NCBI GenBank assembly: GCA_012840345.1
Contig: DULO01000034.1
Coordinates: forward strand, 3,013 to 67,012
Direction: 5' to 3'
From: Candidatus Fermentithermobacillaceae bacterium
GTDB lineage: Bacteria > Bacillota > Sulfobacillia > Fermentithermobacillales > Fermentithermobacillaceae
DNA length: 64,000 nucleotides
Shown here: positions 50,382 through 59,189 of the stretch, piece after piece
Layout: each line of letters opens with the position of its first letter
How positions within the stretch are numbered: position 1 is the stretch's first letter
The notes under the pieces: model-generated
What the model was told of the DNA's origin: nothing
Database searches by the model: none
What the model saw: only the letters and a program-made list of their open reading frames with translations
Program-made: the position numbers and the translations under genes

Positions 50382-52484
50382 TTAAGAGATCTTTATCTTC
50401 ACGTCGAGCGCGCTCAGACCCTTAGGATACGCAAACACCGGATTAATATCCAGTTCCGCTATCTCAGGGAAGTCCCTGCAGAGCTGCGCGAGGCGGCCGA
50501 TGGCTTCCTCGAGCGCGGGCACGTCGTCAGGCGGCGCGCCGCGGAAGCCCTTCAAGATCGTGTAGGCTTTGGTCTCTTTGATCATCGCTGAGACTTCCGC
50601 CTTGGAAAGCCCCTTGGCCAACCTGAAGGAAGCGTCCTGCAGGAGGTTCACAAGGACTCCGCCCGAACCGAACGCGATCATCGGCCCGAACGTCGGGTCT
50701 TTAGCCATACCTATGATCATCTCGTCGCCCTTGGGCATCATCTTCTGAACTTCAACGCCATAAATCTTGGCGTCCGGAACCGCCTTCTTCGAGTTCTCCA
50801 TGATGGAGTTGAAGGCCTCAATCACTTCTTCCTTGGTCTTCAGGCCCACCTTGACGCCGCCGACGTCGGTCTTGTGCATTATGTCAGGCGACGCGATCTT
50901 CATAACCACGGGGAACCCGATGGCTTCGGCAGCCTTCCAGGCTTCCTCTTCGGTAGTGGCCAGCTTTGAGGGGGCAGCGGGGATCTTGTACAGCTCCGCG
51001 ACCTCGGCGGCTTCGGGTCCCAACAAGAGGTCTCTTCCGTCCTTGCGCACCTTCTCAAATATGGCGCGGACGGCGTCTTTCTGTACGTCATCGAAATCCC
51101 ACTGCTGGCCGGCCTCGACTTCCCTGCGGAGCTCGCCGAAGCGGATCATGCCTCTGAGAGTCTCCACGGCGGGCTCGGGGAACGGATAGACGGGGATGCC
51201 GTTCTCGTTCAAGAGTTTCACGCCGGCCTCAAGCTTCTTGCCGCCGATGAAGGAAGCGACCACGGCCTTGTCAGGATTGGCCTTGGCAGCGTCGATGGTG
51301 TACTGGGCAGCCTCAACGATGTTGAGCGGAGCGGTCGGGCTCAAAAGCACTACCACAGCGTCGACCGCGGGGTCCTTCATTACGGCATCCAGCGCGACTT
51401 TGTACCTGTCGGACTTGGCGTCTCCAACCACGTCCACAGGGTTGTGGATGTTGGCCGCGGGAGGCAGCTTCTCCGCCAGTTCGCGCTCTATTTCAGGGCT
51501 CAGTTTGGCCATATTGAGGCCGCTGGTCTCTACGGCGTCTGAAGCGACGATGCCCGGACCGCCAGAGTTGGTTACGACGACCACGTTCTTGCCCTTGGGC
51601 ACGGGCTGGGTGGTGAACGCGATAGCCAAGTCAAAGAGCTCTGTCATTGTCCTGGCGCGGATGACGCCGGCGTGCCTCAAAGCGGCGTCGTACGCGGTGT
51701 TGGAACCGGCCAACGCGCCGGTGTGAGACGAAGCGGCCTTAGCGCCGGCAGCGGTGATGCCCGACTTGAAGACGATTACCGGGACCTTCTTGGTGGCCTT
51801 CCGGGCCGCTTCGATGAACCTATCGCCGTCGACCACGTCCTCAAGGTATAGGCAGATAACCTTGGTGTTGGGGTCTTCCGCGGCCGCCTCGATGAAATCG
51901 GCCTCGTTCAGGTCGGCCTTGTTGCCAATGCTGATGAACTGGCTGAAGCCGAGGCCTCTCTGCAAGCTCCAGTCCAGGATAGCCACGCACAAGGCTCCCG
52001 ACTGGGAAATGAAAGCTATGTCACCCTTAAGGGCCATATCTTTGGCGAAAGTGGCGTTGAACGGCGTGTGGGTATCCATGACTCCAAGGTTATTGGGGCC
52101 CGTTATGCGCATGCCGTATTTTTTGGCGATGCTGACCAGATCTTGTTCCAGTTTCTTGCCCTCACCGCCAATTTCTTTGAAGCCGGCAGTGATCACTATG
52201 AGATGCTTGACTCCCGCTTGGCCGCACTCTTCGGCAACCGCCAAAGACGCCGCCGCGGGTACGCAGAAAACGGCCACATCCACAGGCTTGCCGACGGCAA
52301 GGATTGATGGATAAGCCTTGTACCCGAGAATCTCACTCTCTTTCGGGTTGATTGGATATACTTCTCCGCGGTATCCGCTGGATTTTATGTTGTCGGTCAC
52401 CGCGTAACCGATCTTGCCCGGCGTGTTGGACGCTCCGATCACGGCGATCGACTGTGGGTGGAACAACGACGACAGGTCGCTCAT
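50382..52484 (-). CDS. ADP-forming acetyl-CoA synthetase / NDP-forming acyl-CoA synthetase (fused alpha-beta)
   Basis: N-terminal CoA-binding 'SIAVIGASNTPGKIGY', succinyl-CoA-synthetase-like ligase domain, C-terminal ATP-grasp. About 700 aa. Confidence 0.8.
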   Translation of the reverse strand: MSDLSSLFHPQSIAVIGASNTPGKIGYAVTDNIKSSGYRGEVYPINPKESEILGYKAYPSILAVGKPVDVAVFCVPAAASLAVAEECGQAGVKHLIVITAGFKEIGGEGKKLEQDLVSIAKKYGMRITGPNNLGVMDTHTPFNATFAKDMALKGDIAFISQSGALCVAILDWSLQRGLGFSQFISIGNKADLNEADFIEAAAEDPNTKVICLYLEDVVDGDRFIEAARKATKKVPVIVFKSGITAAGAKAASSHTGALAGSNTAYDAALRHAGVIRARTMTELFDLAIAFTTQPVPKGKNVVVVTNSGGPGIVASDAVETSGLNMAKLSPEIERELAEKLPPAANIHNPVDVVGDAKSDRYKVALDAVMKDPAVDAVVVLLSPTAPLNIVEAAQYTIDAAKANPDKAVVASFIGGKKLEAGVKLLNENGIPVYPFPEPAVETLRGMIRFGELRREVEAGQQWDFDDVQKDAVRAIFEKVRKDGRDLLLGPEAAEVAELYKIPAAPSKLATTEEEAWKAAEAIGFPVVMKIASPDIMHKTDVGGVKVGLKTKEEVIEAFNSIMENSKKAVPDAKIYGVEVQKMMPKGDEMIIGMAKDPTFGPMIAFGSGGVLVNLLQDASFRLAKGLSKAEVSAMIKETKAYTILKGFRGAPPDDVPALEEAIGRLAQLCRDFPEIAELDINPVFAYPKGLSALDVKIKIS

Positions 52485-52662
52485 GGGGTTTCCGCACCTT
52501 CCTCTACATATTTAGAAAGACTGGACAGGCCAATAACCAAGAGATAGTCTAACACAATTGGCAAATCGGTTGAACTCTGTACAAGAATACCTGAGAAATG
52601 AAGGAGTTGGATCCCTTTCCGTCGAAACTCCCAGTTACTGGAATATACGGGAGTGATTCCTA

Positions 52663-53382
52663 ATGACCTTTTCCACCGAAGGTTCCGGCGCAAAGGAACT
52701 CCTATGGGCGGACGTGGGGGAGAGACTCAACTTATCCGTGAAAGAGATGAGAAGCATTCGAACGGCTTTCGCCGACCTGCTCGGTTTCGGCATGTCGAAG
52801 ACAGTGTCAGAAGAGCTTTTGCCTGCCATACAATTTGTCGCGAACCGTCGAAAGGAAGGCGCCGATGATGACCAAATCCGGCAAGAACTCCGTTCTTTCA
52901 AGGATAACCGCGGTTGGCCTGAGGAAGTGCTCTCCCGCATGAAGGAGGCCGAAAGCGAAGCTGCCGCGACTAAGGTCCCCGCGGCCGCTCCCGGCTTGGA
53001 CCGGGAGGGAACGGAAGAACCACCCGAACAAGCTGTCACGCGCTCTAACGAAAGCCCTGAGACAGCTAGCCCAAGGCCTAAGCTCTATCTGGTCGGAGGA
53101 AAGCCAGCCGGTCACCCCCTTGCGCGGGCGCGTGAACAGGAAGAGCCGGACGCCGATTCCGAAGAGGACCCAAGCTATGCCGTAAGAGAGATCGCGGCCG
53201 ACTTAAGGCGCGACCTATACTCCCTGTTGGCTGCCCAAAGGGAGGACATCTTGCGGCTGGAGCAGTGCGTGAGAAAGCTGGCCCTGGAAGTCAGGGACAT
53301 GCGCTACGCCCTTATCCTGGGATTCACACGCAAGGATAGAAAGAAGGGGCACAAGGGGATCTCAAACCTCCTTCTTGGGTGA
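52663..53382 (+). CDS. Hypothetical acidic protein with low-complexity central region and C-terminal coiled coil
   Basis: ATG 7 nt after 'ggagtga'. No recognisable family. Confidence 0.4.
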   Translation: MTFSTEGSGAKELLWADVGERLNLSVKEMRSIRTAFADLLGFGMSKTVSEELLPAIQFVANRRKEGADDDQIRQELRSFKDNRGWPEEVLSRMKEAESEAAATKVPAAAPGLDREGTEEPPEQAVTRSNESPETASPRPKLYLVGGKPAGHPLARAREQEEPDADSEEDPSYAVREIAADLRRDLYSLLAAQREDILRLEQCVRKLALEVRDMRYALILGFTRKDRKKGHKGISNLLLG

Positions 53383-54102
53383 CCAGAGGTCACCTAAGGC
53401 TCCCCTCAGTTGGTTCCTGAACCCGGGGATCTCCCGGGCCAGTTCGGTAACCCGGTCTTTCATCGCCTGGCGAAGCGTGTGGCCGGCATAGGGGCACTTT
53501 GCCGTGAGGACGGGGATCTCCAAACGCTTTACGGCCTTTATGATCTCTTCCTCAGGCACGTACACCAGGGGCCGGATAACCGTTACCTCCCTGCGGGTAA
53601 GGTACGTCCTCGGATGAAAGCACCTAAGGCTTCCCTGGTAGAACATGTTGAGAAACAGAGTCTCTATGGCGTCGTCCAGATGATGGCCCAACGCCACTTT
53701 GTTGGCCCCCATTTCTTGAGCCGTTTTGTGCAGGGCTCCTCGCCTCAAATTGGCGCACAAGGAGCACGCCGTGTTCTTCTTGTTGGGGTAGGCCTCCACT
53801 ATCTTGGCAATCTCCGTCGGCACTATGTTGTAGGGCACTCCCAAAGACTCAAAGTAAGACTCAAGAGTCGCCCGCTCCTCCGGATCTAAGCCGAGTTCGC
53901 CGCCTGGATCGATGGTCAAGGCTCGCACCTGGAACTTTACTGGCGCCCTCCTATGTAACTCGGCCAGGATGCTCGCCAAGAGCATGCTGTCTTTGCCTCC
54001 GGAGACGGCCACCAAGACCACGTCGTTTTCAGCAATAAGGTTGAAATCTGAAATCGCCTTGCCGACCAGATGGTACAGCATGCGAGGAAATACCTTGGGC
54101 AC
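53362..54102 (-). CDS. ttcA: TtcA-like PP-loop ATPase (tRNA 2-thiocytidine synthase family)
   Basis: 'SGGKDS' PP-loop. CxxC cysteines ('CSLC', 'KCPY'). About 245 aa. Confidence 0.7.
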   Translation of the reverse strand: MPKVFPRMLYHLVGKAISDFNLIAENDVVLVAVSGGKDSMLLASILAELHRRAPVKFQVRALTIDPGGELGLDPEERATLESYFESLGVPYNIVPTEIAKIVEAYPNKKNTACSLCANLRRGALHKTAQEMGANKVALGHHLDDAIETLFLNMFYQGSLRCFHPRTYLTRREVTVIRPLVYVPEEEIIKAVKRLEIPVLTAKCPYAGHTLRQAMKDRVTELAREIPGFRNQLRGALGDLWSPKKEV

Positions 54103-54232
54103 GTGAAAGCACCTCTCCGCAAAGCGTGGTACGCTCTATTCTAAGGATTTGGGCTCCGCCCGTCACTGGATGACGGCGTGCCCGGTGCAGTAAAATACTA
54201 GCGCAAACCTACAACATGGGGGAACTAAGATA

Positions 54233-55411
54233 TTGGCCGCGCCTCACACAGCTAAAGAAATCATATACATGGACAATTCATCCACCACAAGACCCGCGCC
54301 GGAAGTCGTTAAGGCAGTAACTTCCGCGATGGAGGAGGGGTGGGGGAACCCTTCGTCCCTGCACAAGCTCGGGAGCAAGTCCCAGGCCATCGTAAGGGCC
54401 GCCAGGCAGGCCGTGGCAAGGGCGATTTCCGCAGACGAAAGCGAGGTTTACTTCACGTCCGGAGGGACGGAGGCCAACAACCTGGCCATCTTCGGAACCT
54501 TGAGGACACTGCCTGACAGAAAGAGGATCATTACCAGCACGGTCGAGCACCCGTCGGTGATGGCAGCTTACGAGTACCTCAAGGAAACAGGGTACGACGT
54601 CAGGTTCATTCGTGTGGATTCCTTGGGACGGGTTGACCCCGAAGAAGTCCTAAGAGAGGTCACTCCGGACACCGCGTTGGTATCGATCATGCTGGTTCAA
54701 AACGAGATCGGCACCTTGCAGCCGTGCAGGGAGATCGGACGAGGGCTCATGTCCATGGGCGGTAAACGCCCGAGATTCCACATAGACGCGGTCCAGGGGT
54801 TCGCCCGTCTAAGCATCGACGTCCGCGAGTGGGGAGTGGATCTCCTAAGCGTGAGCGCCCACAAAATACACGGACCCAAGGGCGTCGGGGCCTTGTACGT
54901 ACGCAAGGGGGTCTCCCTGACTCCGCTAGCCTTTGGTGGAGGACAGGAAAAAGGAGTCCGTTCGGGAACGGAGAACGTACCGGGTATAGCCGGCTTTGGA
55001 GCCGCCTGCGCGCTGTGGGAGACGGATAGGGAAGAGACCATGCGGCGCTTAACCGATCTCCGGGCCAAACTGGTGGACGGGATCCTCGGAGCGGTACCGG
55101 ACGCGGTCCTCCACGGGCCGCGCAGAGAAGGTGTCGCCCCATACATAGTCCACTTCTCTTTTCCGGGCTTAAGAGGCGAAACCATCCTTCACGCGCTGGA
55201 AGAGCGAGGAGTTTATGTGTCTACCGGCTCGGCGTGCTCTTCCCACAAAGATAAGCCCAGCCCGGTCGTCTTGGCTTTGGGCAGAAAAGAAGAAGAGGCG
55301 CTGGGCGCCATAAGGTTTTCCATGTCCAGGTATACGACTGAAGATGACGTCCGCATAACCATAGCGGCGCTTTTGGAGTCCCTCCAGTCCCTCAAGGCGT
55401 GGCGAAGATAG
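54233..55411 (+). CDS. nifS: Cysteine desulfurase (NifS/IscS class I)
   Basis: PLP lysine 'SAHKIHGPKGVGALYV'. Active-site 'GSACSS'. TTG start after 'ggggga'. ATG 54269 is an alternative. Confidence 0.85.
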   Translation: MAAPHTAKEIIYMDNSSTTRPAPEVVKAVTSAMEEGWGNPSSLHKLGSKSQAIVRAARQAVARAISADESEVYFTSGGTEANNLAIFGTLRTLPDRKRIITSTVEHPSVMAAYEYLKETGYDVRFIRVDSLGRVDPEEVLREVTPDTALVSIMLVQNEIGTLQPCREIGRGLMSMGGKRPRFHIDAVQGFARLSIDVREWGVDLLSVSAHKIHGPKGVGALYVRKGVSLTPLAFGGGQEKGVRSGTENVPGIAGFGAACALWETDREETMRRLTDLRAKLVDGILGAVPDAVLHGPRREGVAPYIVHFSFPGLRGETILHALEERGVYVSTGSACSSHKDKPSPVVLALGRKEEEALGAIRFSMSRYTTEDDVRITIAALLESLQSLKAWRR

Positions 55412-55447
55412 GGAGAAGAGAAAACGGAAAGCGGGAGATGGACACCG

Positions 55448-56620
55448 GTGAAGGAACTCTTACTGGTAAGATACGGCGAGCTCGGCCTAAAAGGAGACAA
55501 CCGGGCGGATTTCGAGAGAGCCCTGCTACGCCACGTTGAGTGGACCGTGAGGGACATGCCCGGCGCTTTTGTCTCCAGGTCTCACGGCCGCCTGTATGTG
55601 GAAGGGACTTTCGACAGGCGCCTCGTCTTGGAGCGGCTTAGAAAGACCCCCGGGATCGTCGCGATAAACCCGGCCCTAAGGGTCGACTCGGAAATCGACG
55701 CTGTGGTCGAAGCTTCAATAGCCGCCTCCAAAGAAGCCGTGGACAAACGAGGCTTTAAGACCTTCAAGGTGGAAGCCAGGAGAGGAGATAAGCGCTTCCC
55801 GCTCACGTCCCCCGAGATAAACAGAAAAGTGGGGGAGGCCGTCTTAGCAGCCAACCAAGGGCTCTCGGTAGACGTGCATTCTCCCGATTTCGTCCTCACC
55901 GTGGAAGTCAGGGATACCGGCACCTACGTCTATTGGGACGAAGTGAGAGGCCCAGGCGGCCTCCCTTCGGGCACGTCAGGGAGAGGGCTCTTGCTCCTCT
56001 CGGGAGGCATAGACAGCCCGGTCGCGGGATATCTCGCCCTCAGGCGAGGGGTCAAGATAGACGCCCTTCACTTCTGGAGTTACCCCATTGTCGGCGAGCG
56101 GTCCAAGGAGAAGGTCATCGACCTATGCAAGGCGCTAAGAGAATCAGGTCCTGACCTTAGGCTGTACATCGCGCACTTCACCGACGTCCAAAGCGAAATA
56201 CTGGAGAAGTGCCCGGAGCGGTTCCGGGTAATAGTAATGCGCCGCATGATGATGCGGATAGCCTGCGAATGGGCCTCCTCGGTGAGCGCGCAAGCGGTGT
56301 TCACCGGCGAGAACGTCGGGCAGGTGGCAAGCCAGACGCTGGAAAGCCTCAGAGCCATTGAGGATGTCGCCACTCTCCCCGTGTTGAGGCCCCTCATCTG
56401 TTTCGACAAGGTTGAGACGGTGGCTATCGCCAGGTCCATCGGGACTTACGATATTTCCTGCCTGCCGTACGAAGACTGCTGTACGGTGTTCGTGCCCCGC
56501 CATCCCGTGACCAAGCCTAAGCTCGAGGACGTAAGGGCGGCCGAAAGCCGCCTGGACGTACAGTCCCTGGTCGCGGCTTGTTTGAAAAGAATCGAGGAAG
56601 AGGATCTAACCGCTGTCTAG
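55448..56620 (+). CDS. thiI: tRNA 4-thiouridine(8) synthase
   Basis: THUMP domain, then PP-loop 'SGGIDSPVA'. Confidence 0.85.
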   Translation: MKELLLVRYGELGLKGDNRADFERALLRHVEWTVRDMPGAFVSRSHGRLYVEGTFDRRLVLERLRKTPGIVAINPALRVDSEIDAVVEASIAASKEAVDKRGFKTFKVEARRGDKRFPLTSPEINRKVGEAVLAANQGLSVDVHSPDFVLTVEVRDTGTYVYWDEVRGPGGLPSGTSGRGLLLLSGGIDSPVAGYLALRRGVKIDALHFWSYPIVGERSKEKVIDLCKALRESGPDLRLYIAHFTDVQSEILEKCPERFRVIVMRRMMMRIACEWASSVSAQAVFTGENVGQVASQTLESLRAIEDVATLPVLRPLICFDKVETVAIARSIGTYDISCLPYEDCCTVFVPRHPVTKPKLEDVRAAESRLDVQSLVAACLKRIEEEDLTAV

Positions 56621-56689
56621 TTGGGATACCGGTTCCCTGAAACCGCCTGTTGGGTCCCGAAGTCGTGAGACTCGGGACCTAATTGCCTA

Positions 56690-56725
56690 AGCCCCCTGTG
56701 AAATGGCTCCCGGACATCACGATAA
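56690..56725 (+). promoter_or_regulatory. Possible sigma-D (sigma-28)-type promoter for flagellin
   Basis: 'GAAA'-N15-'ACGATAAA' vs consensus TAAA-N15-GCCGATAT. About 125-nt leader. Confidence 0.3.
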
Positions 56726-56848
56726 ACAGGTGTGAAGGTTACATACCCGCCCGCCCGAGCAAAGAACGGAAGGCGCCCCGGCAAACCGGGCGGAAGGGCA
56801 AGTCCCGCAAAGGACGCGGGATGAACACTACAGGGAGGTAGAACCCAA

Positions 56849-57664
56849 GTGAGAATCAACACCAACATCAGTGCTCTTAACGCGTGGAAGAACCTAGCCG
56901 TCACCGACAACCTCATGGGCAAGTCTCTCGAAAAACTGTCCTCGGGCTACCGGATCAACAGGGCCGCCGACGACGCCGCCGGGTTGGCAATCTCGGAGAA
57001 AATGAAAGCGCAGATTAGCGGACTAAGGCAAGGCGCCCGCAACGCCCAGGACGGCATCTCGTTGATACAGACCGCGGAAGGCGCTCTGCACGAGGTACAC
57101 AGCATCCTCCAGAGGATGCGGGAACTTGCCGAACAGGCAGCGTCGGCCACCATGTCCGACAGCGACCGCACCCAGATTCAGGCCGAGGTTACCCAGCTAA
57201 TAAGCGAGTTGGACAGGATCGCGGCCTCCACTAAGTTCAACGGTCAGAACCTCTTGGACGGCAGTTTCACGGACAAAGAGTTCCTCATCGGCACCGACAC
57301 CGCCGTTGATACCTTCACGGTAAGCATCGGCAACATGGACGCCGCCACCTTGGGAGTGGATAGCGTCAGCATAGCGACTCAAGCCGACGCCAAGACAGCG
57401 GTGGCAGACATCGACACGGCCATAGAGACCGTATCTACCCAGCGGGCGACATTGGGCGCTTACCAGAACCGTCTGGAACACACCATCAACAACCTGAACA
57501 CGGCCGCTGAGAACCTGGCCGCCGCCGAGTCCCGTATACGCGACGTCGACATGGCGCTGGAGATGGCCACCTTCACGAGGCACCAGATCTTGCTCCAGGC
57601 CGGTACCGCGATGCTGGCCCAGGCGAACATGAAGCCTCAGTCAGTGCTGAAGCTGCTCGGCTAA
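56849..57664 (+). CDS. hag: Flagellin (short form, conserved D0/D1 only)
   Basis: N-terminal 'MRINTNISALNAWKNL...LSSGYRINRAADDAAGLAISEKM'. C-terminal 'LLQAGTAMLAQANMKPQSVLKLLG'. GTG start after 'agggagg'. Confidence 0.9.
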   Translation: MRINTNISALNAWKNLAVTDNLMGKSLEKLSSGYRINRAADDAAGLAISEKMKAQISGLRQGARNAQDGISLIQTAEGALHEVHSILQRMRELAEQAASATMSDSDRTQIQAEVTQLISELDRIAASTKFNGQNLLDGSFTDKEFLIGTDTAVDTFTVSIGNMDAATLGVDSVSIATQADAKTAVADIDTAIETVSTQRATLGAYQNRLEHTINNLNTAAENLAAAESRIRDVDMALEMATFTRHQILLQAGTAMLAQANMKPQSVLKLLG

Positions 57665-57688
57665 GGACGTTCATAGCGGATTAGGATA

Positions 57689-57722
57689 GGGGCCCGGGAA
57701 GCCGGGCCCCTTCTTCATTTCG
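57689..57722 (+). terminator. Rho-independent terminator after flagellin
   Basis: 'ggggcccgg gaa gccgggcccc' plus 'ttcttcattt'. Confidence 0.65.
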
Positions 57723-57765
57723 CGAAAAGGGCCGGATTTGTGCCTTCCTGCCTTTGCCTTTTATA

Positions 57766-59175
57766 ATGGGAGGTAACGAAAACGCTCGGGCGGTGAGGGT
57801 CACGTCACAAGATTTGAAGTTCTACATTGAGACCTACGGATGCCAGATGAACGAACGGGACACCGAGACCATCGCGGGCTTGCTCATAAAGGAAGGCATG
57901 TCCCAGGCCATGGATATCTCCGAGGCCGATGTGATTATCCTGAACACGTGCGCCGTGAGGGAATCCGCGGAAAGCAAGGTGTGGAGCCGTTTCGGAAAGA
58001 TCCGCTCGATGCGCCGGGGCGGAAAACCCCCGGTCCTGGTGCTGGCCGGCTGCATGGCGCAGCTCCCCGAAACCGCCGAGAGGGTGAAGTCCAAGGCTCC
58101 GTACATCTCGGTCCTTACGGGCCCGGGTTTCATACACGAGATACCCCAGTTGGTCCGCGAGGCGATGGCCAAGAAGCCTGAGGACGGAGGACATAAGATC
58201 CTCAAGGCGGTTACCCCGGCGAGGACGGCGGCCTCCAGAGACGAATCCACCCAGCTTCTCCCCGAGGGACTGCCGCGCAGGTCGATTCCCGGAGTAAACG
58301 CGTACGTGACCATCATGTACGGTTGCGACAACTTCTGTTCTTACTGCGTGGTTCCCTATGTGAGAGGGCCTCAGGTCTCCAGGAGCTTTCAAGCAATCTT
58401 GGAAGAGACCGCCCGCCTATGCGAGGAAGGATACAAGGAAATCACGCTGCTTGGCCAAAACGTAAACGCATACGGACTGGATGTGCCCGGAAGCCCGGAC
58501 TTCCCGGCGCTCCTTCGGGCTCTCGACAAGACTCCGGGGCTTTTGAGGCTCCGCTATTTCACGTCCCATCCGAGGGACTTTACTCAGGAAATGATTGAGG
58601 CGGTCCGGGACTGCCCGACCGTTTGCGAGCACTTCCACCTCCCGCTGCAATCGGGCTCGGATCGCATCTTAAAGGCCATGAACAGAGGCTACTCCAGGGA
58701 CGACTACTTGCGCCTGGTGGAACGCGTACGCGAGGCGATCCCCGAAGCTTCCATAACAACCGACATCATCGTCGGATTCCCCGGTGAAACCGAGGAAGAC
58801 TTCCAGGATACCCTTGATATGGTGCGGAAGTGCAGGTTTGACGGCGCGTTCACTTTCATCTTCTCGCCCCGAAAGGGAACCGCCGCGTACCGCATGAAGA
58901 ACCAAGTGGACAAGAAAACCAAATCCCTAAGGCTTCAGGAGCTGGTGGAGGTCCAAGGAGCCATAACAAGGGACATTAACGCCTCTTGCGTTGGGCGGGA
59001 CATGGAAATCCTCGTGGAATCCATGGCGGAAGAGGAGCCTGGAAGCGTGAAAGGCAGGACGCGCACGGGAAAGATGGTCATAGCCACAGGGTCGAAAGCG
59101 TCTCCGGGCGACCTCGTCAACGTGCGGATTGTGGAATACGGAACGTGGTACTTGAAAGGACCGGTAGCGCCGTGA
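57766..59175 (+). CDS. miaB: tRNA-2-methylthio-N6-dimethylallyladenosine synthase. Start ambiguous: TTG 57754, ATG 57766 or GTG 57797.
   Basis: 'YGCQMNE' MTTase N-domain. Radical SAM 'CDNFCSYCVVP'. C-terminal TRAM. Confidence 0.85.
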   Translation: MGGNENARAVRVTSQDLKFYIETYGCQMNERDTETIAGLLIKEGMSQAMDISEADVIILNTCAVRESAESKVWSRFGKIRSMRRGGKPPVLVLAGCMAQLPETAERVKSKAPYISVLTGPGFIHEIPQLVREAMAKKPEDGGHKILKAVTPARTAASRDESTQLLPEGLPRRSIPGVNAYVTIMYGCDNFCSYCVVPYVRGPQVSRSFQAILEETARLCEEGYKEITLLGQNVNAYGLDVPGSPDFPALLRALDKTPGLLRLRYFTSHPRDFTQEMIEAVRDCPTVCEHFHLPLQSGSDRILKAMNRGYSRDDYLRLVERVREAIPEASITTDIIVGFPGETEEDFQDTLDMVRKCRFDGAFTFIFSPRKGTAAYRMKNQVDKKTKSLRLQELVEVQGAITRDINASCVGRDMEILVESMAEEEPGSVKGRTRTGKMVIATGSKASPGDLVNVRIVEYGTWYLKGPVAP

Positions 59176-59189
59176 AATCTGAAACGCCA

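Noticed and set aside
58986-59189. N-terminal 68-codon extension of mutS overlapping the miaB 3' end
   Set aside because: Conserved MutS N-terminus ('TPMMAQYRELK') begins at 59190 (or GTG 59172). The extension is in-frame read-through of the miaB 3' region with no RBS.
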